Source: an uncultured Gammaproteobacteria bacterium
GTDB lineage: Bacteria > Patescibacteriota > Microgenomatia > UBA8517
Length of the DNA: 64,000 nt
Reading direction: 5' to 3'
Assembly: GCA_965231135.1 (NCBI GenBank)
Contig: OZ246419.1
Location: 385,488 to 449,487 of the forward strand
Shown: in pieces, positions 1 through 11,143 of the stretch
Layout: the number at the start of each line of letters is the position of its first letter
Position numbering within the stretch: the stretch's first letter is position 1
Program-made: the position numbers and the translations under genes
Notes under the pieces: generated by a model
What the model was told of the DNA's origin: nothing
What the model saw: only the letters and a program-made list of their open reading frames with translations
Database searches by the model: none

Positions 1-990
1 AGAAATCTGTATTTTTTAACAATTGGTTCTTCGATATTAATTTCAATTTGTATTTACTTTGTTTATTTATATAACACAAAGGTTGCTTTTTTAATTTCAT
101 TTTTATTTTTGGTTTTAAACATTTTTTATTTAAATAAAAACATAAGAAATGTGACAATGGATGGTGTATTGAGGAAAAATATATTGGATACGATTAAAAA
201 GGACTACCCGATTCTTCCTGAAAAAACAATTGTTTTTACGCAATCAGATAGTTCGTTTTATGGATTGCCTGAAAACACGAAAATTATGCCATTTCAATCA
301 GGTTTTGGACAAACTCTTTTAGTTTGGTATCAAGAAGAAGAAAATTTTCCGAAGGAGTTTTTTGAAAATAATTTTTTATGGAATATTGATTCAGAAGGTT
401 ATATGGAAAGTAACGGGAAAGGTTTTGGTTACTTTAGAAATTTTGGAGATATGATGAATTATATTAGTACAAGTAATCTTGATAAAAATAATGTAATTGC
501 TTTTGATTTTAATTCATCAAATGATGTCTTGACCGATATCACGCAGGAAATGAGAGGGAGAATAGAAGGTTTTGAGGCAAAGAAAAGAATTTTAAATCCA
601 AATCAAATAAAAATTTTTTCTTCGAGTAATAAAGATGGACTGAATAAAATACTTGATAGAAATGAAAAAACTTTTTGGGATTCAAAATTACCATATTCAA
701 ATTATCAATATTTACTTCTCTCTTTTAATAAGCCACATGCTGTTGCTCGTCTTACTATTGATTCGTATAATAACGTGAATCAGCTTAATGTTGGTTATAG
801 AATTGAAATCTCTAACGATAATAAAAATTGGCAAGAGGTTTTCGAAAATAGAAGCGATGGAAGCGAGAATGGTAAAGTGGATATTTATTTCAAGCCAATT
901 AGTGCAAAATATATTAAAATTGAACAAATAGGAAATGATAACTATACGGATTGGGTAATTAATGAATTGACTGTTTATGAGAAATATTAA
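1..990 (+). CDS. 5'-truncated membrane protein (probable GT-C fold) with C-terminal F5/8 type C (discoidin/CBM32) domain
   Basis: Frame is open from base 1 (RNLYFLTIG.. then a TM helix). C-terminus has discoidin motifs: ILDRNEKTFWDS, YRIEISNDNKNW, AKYIKI, WVINELTVY. Confidence 0.7.
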   Translation, partial: RNLYFLTIGSSILISICIYFVYLYNTKVAFLISFLFLVLNIFYLNKNIRNVTMDGVLRKNILDTIKKDYPILPEKTIVFTQSDSSFYGLPENTKIMPFQSGFGQTLLVWYQEEENFPKEFFENNFLWNIDSEGYMESNGKGFGYFRNFGDMMNYISTSNLDKNNVIAFDFNSSNDVLTDITQEMRGRIEGFEAKKRILNPNQIKIFSSSNKDGLNKILDRNEKTFWDSKLPYSNYQYLLLSFNKPHAVARLTIDSYNNVNQLNVGYRIEISNDNKNWQEVFENRSDGSENGKVDIYFKPISAKYIKIEQIGNDNYTDWVINELTVYEKY

Positions 991-3949
991 AAAAAATATT
1001 ATAGTTTTGTTTTTGATTGTTTTATCTTTAACTCCAGTGATTTGGTTTGTTGGGAGACCGGGAATCTTAGTTGATGGTGTTGATACTAATTTTCCATTAC
1101 AACCTGCCTTGTGGTTTGCGAGGCGTTTTTTTGCATGGACAAACATAACGAACGCAGGGTCCGATTTTTCAGCTGGAAGCGCCGGAACACTTTTCCATTT
1201 TTTGCAGTTTGTTCCGTTTAAACTAGGGTTTTCTTTACAAACAGTGGAACTTTTTAGTTTTATTTTTTGGTTTACATTAATTATCTTTTCTTCATGGTTT
1301 TTGGCGCGACTGGTATTTCCAAAAAAGAATATCCCGCAAATGATTTTTGTAATTTTATATTCATTTAATATTTATTTATTTAATAGTTGGGAAAATGTAA
1401 AAGTTTCTAATTTGTCTTTGATTTCCGCAATACCAATTGGTTTGTCAACTTTAATACTTCTCCGTCAAAAGAAAATTAAACGTGAAATTTCGTTTTTGCT
1501 ATTTCTTGTAACAGGAATTATTTTGATGGGAGCAGGAATTAACCCAGCATATATTATTTGTTTCTTTGTTGTCCTTGGTATATATGTATTTTCACAGATT
1601 ATTTTGGATTTTAAGAATAAGGATGAAGTGTTGCAAGATATTTTAAATTTTGTTTTATTTGGTTTTATTGTTGCCTTAGTAAATGCTTCTTGGATTTTGC
1701 CAACTGTTCATTTTATTTTTTCAAGCATTACTGCAAGCAATAGTATTGGTAGTATTGGGTTTTCGAATTGGGTAGATAGTCTTTCTCAAAATACAAGCTT
1801 GATTAATGTTTTTAGAATGATGGGAGCATGGGACTGGTATTCTTTTGATGGTATTACAAAAGCTCCGCTTTATATCCCGTATGCTACAAGATATTTTTTC
1901 AATCCGCTTTTTGTTGGTTTTAGTTTTTTTATTCCATCACTTTCTTTAATTGCTTTTATTTTTAGAAAAAGAATTAATAATGTTTTTTATATTTCGTTTG
2001 CTTTAATGCTTGTAATTGGTCTTTTTTTGACTGCAGGGACACATCCTCCTACGGGAGTTTTGTTTGCTTTTTTGGGAAATCATTTACCATTTTTTAGTTT
2101 GTTTAGAAGTCCTTGGTATATTTTTGCACCCCTTGTTGCTTTGCCTATAGCGGGATTGGTATCTGCATTATTTTTTAATTTAGGTGAGTTAATAAAGAAC
2201 AAACGAGTTGTTAATTCTTTTGGTTTATTTGTAATAATTGGTTTTTTAATTTATTCGTATCCACTAGTTTTAGGAAAAATTTTCAGACCAGATTTTAATG
2301 GAACTTTTTATCTTAAGTTTCCTGACTATGTATTTGAAGCAGAAACCTTTCTTAATAATAATCCTTCTAGGGGAAGAATTTTGAGTTATGCTGACGATAA
2401 TATTGAAAAATTTAGTTGGGGATATAGCGGAGTTGATTCAATTTTAAATCTTATGACAGATAGAGAAGTTGTAGACGCACCTTTGAATGACACTACATCT
2501 CCGATTTCACAAATAATTACACAAACGTATGAGTCTTTAAAAAGAAATGAAATAGATAAAGCCTCAAACCTAATGAATGTAATGAATATCGGTCAGATAT
2601 TTGTGAAAAATGATCAGGTGACATTGATGCCTAAAATTTCAAACCAAATTGCAAATAATTTAGAGCGTACGTTTGGACAATGGAATTTCTATAACTTTCC
2701 AAAAAACAATCCTACTCCAGAGATTTACTCTGCGGACTGTTGTAATTTGAGTTATCCATATAACGATAGTGCTTTAAATTTGGGAATTTTAAATAATAAA
2801 ATTTTAGTTAATCCGAAAGACAGTCTTTTTGCTCAGGAGGACTTTTCTAACTTTACCTCAACTACAATTCATACAAAAAACTTGCAACTTTCAAATTATC
2901 TTTTAAGTGTTAGTGGGCAAGGAAATTTCAAGGAGAATCTTGAATTTAGGGATTTAAGTAAAGCTGAATATGACTTTGACGTACCATCTGCCGGGATGTA
3001 TTCTCCAATTTTACAAAGATATGGTCTTGATTATTTTGGAGTTATAAGCGGAAATAAAATGACTGTTAATTTGGATGGAAAGAATGAAATTTGGACGGTT
3101 GCGAAGTCTGATGATTCGTATGTGTATTTTATGCCAATTGATATTTTGCAAGGTGGCCATAAAGCTACAATAAGTATTGATGTTAAAAATATGGTTAACT
3201 TACAAAATTTCAATTATGTAGGGAAGGCGGATTTTAACTTAGAAAATAATATTTTTACTATTTTTAATAAAAATAAAAATGATGCTATGGTAAATTTCCT
3301 GATTAATAATTTTGACCCTTATTCTTTTTATGTTATTAATGTGAGTTATCGGCAGATTTATGGAAATAAGGCGCAAGTTTTACTTTCTCAAAAGCAAAAC
3401 AATACGCCACTTAAAAATGGCGCTGAAGTTATGCCAGATTATCCAGATTGGCAAGATTATAGTTTTTATTATCAACCTATTGAGACCAATTCAACATTAA
3501 ATTTAAGTTTGGTGTCTCCACAAACGGAAGATGTTTTAGGAACAAAGGTGGAATATCAAAATCTTTCGGTGCAAAAAATATTTGCAAATGATTTATTTTT
3601 TGAATCTAGTGCCTCAATGTCGTTTTCTCAACCTATTGTGAAATTTAGTAAAAATTCACCTGTTTTTTATAGTGGTGAGGTTACAAATGTCAACGGTCCT
3701 TATGTAATTGTTTTCGGTGAAAATTATTCTCCAGATTGGCAAATAAATATTGAAGGAGAAAATAATGAAGTATTTCACTTTACTGCAAATTATTATGAAA
3801 ATGCGTGGTTTGTAAACAGCAAAAAGGGAAATTATAAATTTACGATTTACTATAAACCTCAAAGTCTTTTGAATATCGGTTACCTTATTGCAGGCGTATC
3901 AGCATTTTTCGTTTTCGCATATTTTATATATGAAAAGATTAAAAGATAG
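977..3949 (+). CDS. Large polytopic membrane protein, AftD/DUF3367-like GT-C with extracellular domains and YfhO-like C-terminus
   Basis: About 12 TM helices in the N-terminal half, FRSPWY motif, C-terminal VFGENYSPDW..ANYYENAW and terminal TM anchor. Confidence 0.65.
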   Translation: MRNIKKNIIVLFLIVLSLTPVIWFVGRPGILVDGVDTNFPLQPALWFARRFFAWTNITNAGSDFSAGSAGTLFHFLQFVPFKLGFSLQTVELFSFIFWFTLIIFSSWFLARLVFPKKNIPQMIFVILYSFNIYLFNSWENVKVSNLSLISAIPIGLSTLILLRQKKIKREISFLLFLVTGIILMGAGINPAYIICFFVVLGIYVFSQIILDFKNKDEVLQDILNFVLFGFIVALVNASWILPTVHFIFSSITASNSIGSIGFSNWVDSLSQNTSLINVFRMMGAWDWYSFDGITKAPLYIPYATRYFFNPLFVGFSFFIPSLSLIAFIFRKRINNVFYISFALMLVIGLFLTAGTHPPTGVLFAFLGNHLPFFSLFRSPWYIFAPLVALPIAGLVSALFFNLGELIKNKRVVNSFGLFVIIGFLIYSYPLVLGKIFRPDFNGTFYLKFPDYVFEAETFLNNNPSRGRILSYADDNIEKFSWGYSGVDSILNLMTDREVVDAPLNDTTSPISQIITQTYESLKRNEIDKASNLMNVMNIGQIFVKNDQVTLMPKISNQIANNLERTFGQWNFYNFPKNNPTPEIYSADCCNLSYPYNDSALNLGILNNKILVNPKDSLFAQEDFSNFTSTTIHTKNLQLSNYLLSVSGQGNFKENLEFRDLSKAEYDFDVPSAGMYSPILQRYGLDYFGVISGNKMTVNLDGKNEIWTVAKSDDSYVYFMPIDILQGGHKATISIDVKNMVNLQNFNYVGKADFNLENNIFTIFNKNKNDAMVNFLINNFDPYSFYVINVSYRQIYGNKAQVLLSQKQNNTPLKNGAEVMPDYPDWQDYSFYYQPIETNSTLNLSLVSPQTEDVLGTKVEYQNLSVQKIFANDLFFESSASMSFSQPIVKFSKNSPVFYSGEVTNVNGPYVIVFGENYSPDWQINIEGENNEVFHFTANYYENAWFVNSKKGNYKFTIYYKPQSLLNIGYLIAGVSAFFVFAYFIYEKIKR

Positions 3950-4304
3950 GATTTCTATAATTTTTAAAGAGTGGATTAATAAAAACAATTATAGACTTGC
4001 TGTTTTTAATATTCTAATTGTTTCACTTTTTTTACTCCGTTCTGCTGGCTATTTCCAGCCTTATTTTCCAATTAGTGTTAATTTTATTGTAGTTGTCGGA
4101 CTAATTTTGTCTACTTTTTTGCTTGGTGTGAAAAGCGTGACTACTTTTTTAATAACTTTATTTTTTTGGATATTTGCTGCTCTTTTACAGATATTAAGAA
4201 TAGATGTTTGGGCCGAAAGAACGGGAATTTATGCGTATGAATCTTTAGTGTTTGGAGTACTTCTTTTTATTTTTGAAAGTGTTTACAGCAAATATAAAAA
4301 ATGA
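3930..4304 (+). CDS. Small membrane protein (about 4 TM)
   Basis: Hydrophobic ORF. ATG 3930 overlaps the upstream gene end; 3' end overlaps the convergent gene by 60 bp. Confidence 0.6.
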   Translation: MKRLKDRISIIFKEWINKNNYRLAVFNILIVSLFLLRSAGYFQPYFPISVNFIVVVGLILSTFLLGVKSVTTFLITLFFWIFAALLQILRIDVWAERTGIYAYESLVFGVLLFIFESVYSKYKK

Positions 4305-6170
4305 AGTAATTATTGTTGTAGTTGTAATCGCTAGACCAAAGATGAAAGATGTTGGTTTGTAAACAAAATTGACAAATTTTGTGTTCTTGTTTATTGATAC
4401 TTCTCGTGTTTTGCTTAAAGTTTCATTGATTTTTAAACTTCTATTGCCGTTTGCAAAAGCGTACCAATCTTGATTGTAAACTTCAGAAAGAATTAGGGAA
4501 TTGCTTTTGTAATTTGACGTGTTTACTTGGATAAAATTTGGAGTGTAAATGTTTATTGGATAATTAGAGCGGGGAAGATTGATTTTATTTTTATAAACTA
4601 AATATTGGCCAAATATTTTTATTAACTGCAGATTTTTGTCTGTTAAAAGATGGTTTGAAATGATATATTTTATATTGTATTGTGATAGTTCTGGTGAGTA
4701 AGGTTGCAAGTTTTCGTAATCGAAAATTTCAAACGGGGGAATTGATAAGGTGTATCGCATATTAAAGTAGCTTTGAGAGAGCTGTTCACTCTCGTCGTAA
4801 TAATTTATTTGTTGAAGTGTACCGTAGCCATCGGCGAGTTGTAGGTGATAGTTTGCGGCTTCTTTTTGGGATAAACATCTATTTAGACAAAACACACGAA
4901 ACATGCTTTTGTCACTGCTTAAAAATTCATAAAGTTCTCTCGGAGCCGCTGTGGTGTCTGTTTGAATTGGATGAATTATTTTTGTCCACGAAGTCAGAAG
5001 TGACTCGATAATTGCAAGGAAAATAATTATATAAATTAAGAATTTTATTTTTTTAAATTTTAGTAAAGATTGAATTCCCAGACCTGCTAAAAAAAGCGCT
5101 ATGAAAACTATTAAAAACCAGAAACGAGTCGAGACTCGAAAGAGTATGTACCAGTTTTCTCTAATTAGCAGATTGTATATTGGCGAGGCATTGTTTAAAG
5201 AAATTAAAATTATTATTAGGGATATTAGTCCAACTAAAGTTTTATTTTTAGTATTTAAATTCAGAAAGCCTACGAATGAAAGAAAACTAACAAAAAAACC
5301 TATGCCAATAATTTTTTCAGTATCCAAGTTTTGAATAAAGTTACCGCCGAATAATATTGGTGAAAATGCGGCTTTTATGAATTCGGCTTTAGAAAGCCAT
5401 TTAGGATATACATCGGGGTGAATTAATAATAAGTTTCTTGTGGTTTGGTTTTGCCACGAGAGCTGAGGTAATAGAGCAATTGCAACAAAGCCAAAGGAAA
5501 AGATACCGACCAGTGAGAAATAAATAATTTTTTTTACGATATTTTTTTTGCCTTGAGAAATAAGGAAAAGAAATAAAAATCCTGAAGAAATTACGGCAAT
5601 TATGAAAATGAGAAGGTGCGTGTAGAAAATTAGAGCTAAGAACACACTTAATAAAAAAATATTTTTAAAAGTTTGTTTTCTTGATAAAAGTATTGTAAAT
5701 AAAAAAACAAACGGTAACCAACTCCAAGAAGCTATTAGTCCGTAATGACCTGCTTCTATATAGCCTGAAAGTTTTGGAGAGAAGACGTATAAAATAGATA
5801 ATATAATTGAAATCTTTTTTGAAAACTTAAAGCCCAATAATGATAGTAAATACATTCCAATTCCTGAAAAGAAAATATGAATGAAGACGGAAACCATGAA
5901 ACCTGCGTCTATATTTCGAAAAAATAAAAAAATGATATTTGGTAAGTAAAAAATCGGTGCTTGGGGATCGGGAAGAAGTGGTGTTCCTGAAAAAAATAAA
6001 TTATTCCAAAAAGGTAGTTGGTGGTATTTTATTAAAGTTTCTTTAGTGAAATAAAACATTGGATAGAAAAAATTAGTAAGATCGTTACCTCGATTTAAGA
6101 GAAGGTTTGAGTTTAACAGAATCGGAATATAGAAAACGAGACTTGTGAGAAGTAAAATAAGAATAAACAT
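4245..6170 (-). CDS. YfhO-family membrane protein (GT-C-like)
   Basis: GNDL..FFYP, LPFWNN.FFSGTPLL.DPQ..FY signature; C-terminal ILSEVYNQDW and terminal TM. Confidence 0.75.
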   Translation of the reverse strand: MFILILLLTSLVFYIPILLNSNLLLNRGNDLTNFFYPMFYFTKETLIKYHQLPFWNNLFFSGTPLLPDPQAPIFYLPNIIFLFFRNIDAGFMVSVFIHIFFSGIGMYLLSLLGFKFSKKISIILSILYVFSPKLSGYIEAGHYGLIASWSWLPFVFLFTILLSRKQTFKNIFLLSVFLALIFYTHLLIFIIAVISSGFLFLFLISQGKKNIVKKIIYFSLVGIFSFGFVAIALLPQLSWQNQTTRNLLLIHPDVYPKWLSKAEFIKAAFSPILFGGNFIQNLDTEKIIGIGFFVSFLSFVGFLNLNTKNKTLVGLISLIIILISLNNASPIYNLLIRENWYILFRVSTRFWFLIVFIALFLAGLGIQSLLKFKKIKFLIYIIIFLAIIESLLTSWTKIIHPIQTDTTAAPRELYEFLSSDKSMFRVFCLNRCLSQKEAANYHLQLADGYGTLQQINYYDESEQLSQSYFNMRYTLSIPPFEIFDYENLQPYSPELSQYNIKYIISNHLLTDKNLQLIKIFGQYLVYKNKINLPRSNYPINIYTPNFIQVNTSNYKSNSLILSEVYNQDWYAFANGNRSLKINETLSKTREVSINKNTKFVNFVYKPTSFIFGLAITTTTIITSFFIFAVNTFKNKKKYSKH

Positions 6171-7653
6171 GAAATTTAAAAATTTTCGAATCAGTTTATC
6201 ATTTTTAATTATTATTGTTACAGCATTTGTTCTTCGTGTTTTTACTTTAAATAAGTTAATGGTTTTTACTCCAGATGAAGAATATGTACTTTACATTACA
6301 AAAACATTGACTAGTAATTTTCATATTATTTGGATTGGAGTTAGCGCTCTTGGATTTGATTTTTATATGGGGCCTGGGTTGAATTACTTTTTGGTGCCTT
6401 TCATGTGGCTTTTTAACGGAAACCCTTTTGTTTGGGGATTGATTGCTTGTCTTTTTGGAGTTGCTGCCTGTGTTCTAATTTATTTTTTCGCTAATAAACT
6501 TTTCGGTAGGAAGACAGCAATTATTGCATCTATTCTTTATGCAGTTTCTGCTCTTGTTGTTTATTACGATCAGCAGCCGTATCCAACTGCAGTTCCTTTT
6601 TTGTCGATGGCTATGATTATTTCTATTTACAACACGCGTCATTCGAAGTACTGGTGGATTGTCTTTGCTTTTTTGTATGGAATTGTTTTTCATATTCATT
6701 TGTCAATGGTGTTGGTTGTTTTTGTAGCCATTTATTGGGGAATAACACATAAAAAAACTTGGAATATTAAGATTTTAGTTTTATCTTTCCTGACATTTTT
6801 GACAGTTATTTCACCGCTAATTGTTTTTAATTACTTTCATAATTGGAGTGACTTCACTGCTCCGATTAGAGTTTTTCAAGCGCTCGGAAAAAATAAAAAT
6901 CAAACAAACATGTTTATTAGAATTCAGACTTTGACAAAAGCAACAAGCAGACTTTTTTATCTTGCGCCTGGGAAAACTAATACTGATGAAATTTTATATC
7001 CTTGTAACACATTGCCTAATAATAATTCTACAAAAGCTTCCTGGATTATTATATGCATTGCTTTGATTTTACTAATAATTTATTTTTTGAAGAAAGATTT
7101 CTGGAAAAATGAAGCAAAGAGGCTAATTTTTGTTTTTAGTTTAGCTTATTTAATACCTTTTATTTTTCTGTCTTCTGTAGGTTCTGTTGAATATTATTTA
7201 CTTGGTTTTTTTCCGATCTTTTTCATTATTGTTGCCTATACAATTGCAAACTTAAATAGGTTATTTCGATACGTATTTTATTTTTTGATTTTGTGTTTCG
7301 TAATATTTAATGTTTTTACAATTTTTAGCGCAAGTGGAGAGTTCGGTCTGGCTACAAAAAGAAAAATGATAAGTGATGTTATGCAAATTGTTGGCAACTC
7401 GAGTTTTAGTTTGCAAGAGATGGGCGGGCCATGTCAAGGAACAGCTGGGTGGGGGTATTTGTTCACAATTTACGGGAGGGCTCCGGAAGATAATATTGCA
7501 GATAAGCAATTTTCTTGGCTTTTGCCTGTTGGAAATCTAGAGAATACAAAATATAAAGTTGTCATTAACGAGTCGAGATTTGCTATCGATGAAACAGGTT
7601 ACAAAAACATAATTAGAGAAGGTGGTTTTACTGCTTATATTTTCAAAAATTAA
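6169..7653 (+). CDS. GT-C glycosyltransferase (ArnT/PMT_2, GT39/83-like)
   Basis: LR..F.PDEE motif after TM1, GP..Y motif, many TM helices. ATG 6169 preferred as start. Confidence 0.75.
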   Translation: MKFKNFRISLSFLIIIVTAFVLRVFTLNKLMVFTPDEEYVLYITKTLTSNFHIIWIGVSALGFDFYMGPGLNYFLVPFMWLFNGNPFVWGLIACLFGVAACVLIYFFANKLFGRKTAIIASILYAVSALVVYYDQQPYPTAVPFLSMAMIISIYNTRHSKYWWIVFAFLYGIVFHIHLSMVLVVFVAIYWGITHKKTWNIKILVLSFLTFLTVISPLIVFNYFHNWSDFTAPIRVFQALGKNKNQTNMFIRIQTLTKATSRLFYLAPGKTNTDEILYPCNTLPNNNSTKASWIIICIALILLIIYFLKKDFWKNEAKRLIFVFSLAYLIPFIFLSSVGSVEYYLLGFFPIFFIIVAYTIANLNRLFRYVFYFLILCFVIFNVFTIFSASGEFGLATKRKMISDVMQIVGNSSFSLQEMGGPCQGTAGWGYLFTIYGRAPEDNIADKQFSWLLPVGNLENTKYKVVINESRFAIDETGYKNIIREGGFTAYIFKN

Positions 7654-8380
7654 ATTTTTGTTTAATAAAAAAATAGAATATATAAATTTGTATAACTATT
7701 GCCCAATTAATTGTTTGCCACCATCTACCAACGATTGCGGATTTTCTCGTACTCTTTGTATAACTTATGGGAATTTCGACGAACTTCAAATTTTGTGTAA
7801 CTACATGAAGCGTCAGTTCGGTATTAAATAGAGCTGTTCCGTTATTACTCCATTTTGAAATGTTTTTTTTAAGTGCCTCTTTCTTAAACAATTTATAGGT
7901 GCAGCCAACATCTGTCAGTGCAACGCTGTTGAATAATATTTCGATTGTCTTTGCTTCTAAAACATTGGCGAATTTTCTTATGATACCCATCCCCGTTCCG
8001 GAAAGAGAGCCGATTTGGCTAGTTCTGGTGCCAAGTACAACATCGAAATCTCGTGAGTAGACTAAAAATTTTTCTATGTCGCTTGCTTTCAGGGAACCAT
8101 CTGCTTCGCATATAACGATATAGTCACATGAAGCTTTTTTAATTGCAGTTTTATATGCGTAACCATATCCTTGTTTTTTTTCGTAATATATTTTTACGAT
8201 TCCTTTTTTGAAAGGTGTCGATTTTGTAATTTCTTTGTAGGTGCCTTTTTCTGCATTATTGTCTATTACTATTATTTCATCTACAAAGTTAGTTTTATAA
8301 AAATTATCGAGTACTGATTTAATTGTTTTTTTCTCTCTGTATGTTGCGATTGCAACTGACACAGTTTTACCCTCGTACAT
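7643..8380 (-). CDS. GT2 glycosyltransferase, polyprenyl-phosphate sugar synthase (DPM1-like)
   Basis: VIDNN, GYGYA, EADGS, DVVLGTR, LTDVGCTYK, VEIPISY motifs. Confidence 0.8.
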   Translation of the reverse strand: MYEGKTVSVAIATYREKKTIKSVLDNFYKTNFVDEIIVIDNNAEKGTYKEITKSTPFKKGIVKIYYEKKQGYGYAYKTAIKKASCDYIVICEADGSLKASDIEKFLVYSRDFDVVLGTRTSQIGSLSGTGMGIIRKFANVLEAKTIEILFNSVALTDVGCTYKLFKKEALKKNISKWSNNGTALFNTELTLHVVTQNLKFVEIPISYTKSTRKSAIVGRWWQTINWAIVIQIYIFYFFIKQKFNF

Positions 8381-8551
8381 TTGCTGTAATTCTAGTATAA
8401 TTTTTGCAATATATGAAGTTGTATTTATTTTTTGTAGTAGGATTTTTGTTCATTTCTCTACTTCTCTTTTTAAATCACCCTGGAGTTGCAATTAGAATTG
8501 TAAATTGGATTTTTTATTTACTGATAATTGCAATTTTATTTAAATTATTTT

Positions 8552-11143
8552 ATGTGGAAAAAAATTAGTTTTATTATTTTATTAATTGGCTTAGGAACTG
8601 TTTTTCATAAGTTTTTTTTGAATGGCCATCTTGTTTTTGGTGATGCCCCTTACTTTTATAACGAAGGATTTAAAGAGCTTCTTTACTTTCCGAGTGCTTG
8701 GACTTCAAGGGGTAATGCGTTAGGAAATGTGAATTTGTTTTTATGGATTTATCCTTTAATGTTTATTTATGGAGCTCTTGGTCATTTTTTACATTTTTCA
8801 AATGATGTAATACTTCGTGTTTTGTTTTATTTTCCATCTTTATTGTTTGGAGGATTGGGGATTTATCTTTTAGTCAGAAAATATTTTAAATTTTCTAATT
8901 TAGTTTGTTTTTACACTATTTTGTTTTATTTAATTAATACATATTTTTTACTTTTGATTGATGGTGGTCAAGTCGGAGTGGTTTTGGCATATGGACTTTT
9001 CCCGTTAGTACTTTTTTTAATTTTAAGTAGTAGTTTTTTGGTAGGTCTTGTTGCAGCTTTTATTTTGACAATTGTTGATTTTAGGATTGCCGCGATAGTC
9101 TTTCTGACAGCGTTGCTGCTTCAAGAGAAAAAACTTGCAAAGATTGGAAAATTGATTTTAATGGCTCTTTGTTTACTCGGACTCTCAATGTACTGGATAA
9201 TTCCAGCTTTGAGATTGTCTGCTGAAGTTAGTACGGATGTTGCATCGCTTCAAACGACTTCTTTTCTTAATACTTTATTTTTAACTTCTTCCAATTGGCC
9301 TACAAATCAATTTGGGCAAACAATTCCCGTTTATTTTTATTTTGTAATTATACCGATTCTTGTTTTTTTGCCGGTTTTTTTAATAAAAAACAAAAAGATA
9401 ATTTTTCTTACTTTGTGTTTGATGGTTTTTGCTTTTCTTGCAAAAGGAGAGACTCCACCATTTAGTTTTTTTTATAGTTTTTTTGTAAATAATAAGTTTG
9501 GAAGTGTTTTTCGTGATTCTACAAAATTTTTTATTCCACTTCTGTTATTTGGATCCATTTTAATTGGTGTAGCTATCGAAGAGATATCTAGAAGAGTTAA
9601 TAAATATTCGTTTCTTGTAAAAGCTTTGGGTTTCATAATTATTTTATTTTTGGTATGGCAGGTTGTAGTAGGGAAAATGAATGGTAGTTTGGGAAGAAAC
9701 ATAGATATTGGCGATTATGAAAAAATTTATAACACATTAGTTGCTCAAAATGATTTTTTTAGGGATGCTTGGTTTAATGAAATTTCACCGTTTTCGTTTT
9801 CGAATAACAATAATCAGGCTTTGTCTGCCTCTGATCTAGTGAACTTTAGACCATTTGCATCTATGAATAATGGTACTGGTGATAAATTTAATTTTATTAA
9901 TAATCCGCTTTATCTCGATTTTTTTAGGCTTTTTGGAATTAAATATTTGGTTTTCAATGGCAATCCTAGATCTCGAAATTTAAGTGAAACAGAACAACAA
10001 GATTGGGATAGATTAAATAATTTGATTGCCGCCGATAAACGCTTAAAGAAATTAGATATTGGGACAAACATACCTGTTTACGAGAATGGTTCTACTCTTC
10101 CAAATAAGTTTTTGGTTAATCAAAGTTTTGTAGTAATTGGCGGGGATGATATTTATCAGAAACTTAGTTTAATTGATAAGGATTTTTCTGTTTCTAATGA
10201 AGGTTTCTTATTCCCTGAAGATGGTAAATTTGCAGTGAGCAGCTTAGAGAATGTCGCATCAAGTGCTGCTGTTATTATATTTAACAACAAGACAGTTGAA
10301 GATTTAAAAATGAGTTTCCTTTCAGATGATTTTATTCCGTCATCATCTTCTTATTATTCAACCTGGGCAATAAGAAAGGCTAGCGATTACTTAATGTGGA
10401 AATATGAATTTTTAGAAAACAATATTGACACCCATGAGTTTGACTATAATTTAGGTGTTGCATTTTCAACAGTAAAAAATGAAAAACTGAATTTTAGTCT
10501 TAAAGTACCTGCTGATGGAAGTTATTATTTGGCGATTAGGACGATGTCGGGAGTAGATTCTTCAGATTTGAAATTAACTTTTAACCACGATGAGGAACTG
10601 GTACATAGAAAAGAAAGTGGTGATTTCGAATGGCAAGAATATGGACCGATTCCACTTCGTACTGGGAGTTATTCACTGAATTTGCAAAATGAAGGCGGGT
10701 TTCAAGCAGTTAATACGATAGCCTTAATTTCCCAAGCTGAAATGGATAATGCAAGCAATTTAAGCGATAAATTATTGGGCAATTTCCAAAACTATAATAT
10801 TGATAAAAGCAAAGATGTTTCCAGTTTGCAAAAAATATTAAATTTGGAGAAATCACAAAATTACAGTGGGGAGATTACTAAACCAGGTTGGATAATTTTT
10901 ACTGATACATTTAATAATAATTGGTATTTACAAAATGGTAACGATGAACAAAGTGTACCAATGTATTCTGCTGTCAATGGTTTTTATGTTGATCAGAATT
11001 TTAAAGATTTTAAAATAACTTTTAGAGGTGATGAATATTTAAGATGGGGAATTTATTTTTCGATTTTAACTTTACTTTTAATTATTATAGTTTATTTGTT
11101 TATAATTTATATGCATGAGAGAAAAAATACTCGCGATAACTAG
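8552..11143 (+). CDS. Large polytopic membrane protein (GT-C/AftD-like N-terminus, extracellular C-terminus)
   Basis: GD motif after TM1, FRDSTKF (parallels FRSPW in the 977 ORF), YfhO-like C-terminus FTDTFNNNW..AVNGF. Confidence 0.6.
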   Translation: MWKKISFIILLIGLGTVFHKFFLNGHLVFGDAPYFYNEGFKELLYFPSAWTSRGNALGNVNLFLWIYPLMFIYGALGHFLHFSNDVILRVLFYFPSLLFGGLGIYLLVRKYFKFSNLVCFYTILFYLINTYFLLLIDGGQVGVVLAYGLFPLVLFLILSSSFLVGLVAAFILTIVDFRIAAIVFLTALLLQEKKLAKIGKLILMALCLLGLSMYWIIPALRLSAEVSTDVASLQTTSFLNTLFLTSSNWPTNQFGQTIPVYFYFVIIPILVFLPVFLIKNKKIIFLTLCLMVFAFLAKGETPPFSFFYSFFVNNKFGSVFRDSTKFFIPLLLFGSILIGVAIEEISRRVNKYSFLVKALGFIIILFLVWQVVVGKMNGSLGRNIDIGDYEKIYNTLVAQNDFFRDAWFNEISPFSFSNNNNQALSASDLVNFRPFASMNNGTGDKFNFINNPLYLDFFRLFGIKYLVFNGNPRSRNLSETEQQDWDRLNNLIAADKRLKKLDIGTNIPVYENGSTLPNKFLVNQSFVVIGGDDIYQKLSLIDKDFSVSNEGFLFPEDGKFAVSSLENVASSAAVIIFNNKTVEDLKMSFLSDDFIPSSSSYYSTWAIRKASDYLMWKYEFLENNIDTHEFDYNLGVAFSTVKNEKLNFSLKVPADGSYYLAIRTMSGVDSSDLKLTFNHDEELVHRKESGDFEWQEYGPIPLRTGSYSLNLQNEGGFQAVNTIALISQAEMDNASNLSDKLLGNFQNYNIDKSKDVSSLQKILNLEKSQNYSGEITKPGWIIFTDTFNNNWYLQNGNDEQSVPMYSAVNGFYVDQNFKDFKITFRGDEYLRWGIYFSILTLLLIIIVYLFIIYMHERKNTRDN

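Noticed and set aside
8381-8551. Largest intergenic gap as a possible ncRNA or tRNA
   Set aside because: AT-rich divergent promoter region with no cloverleaf or stable GC-rich stem visible.
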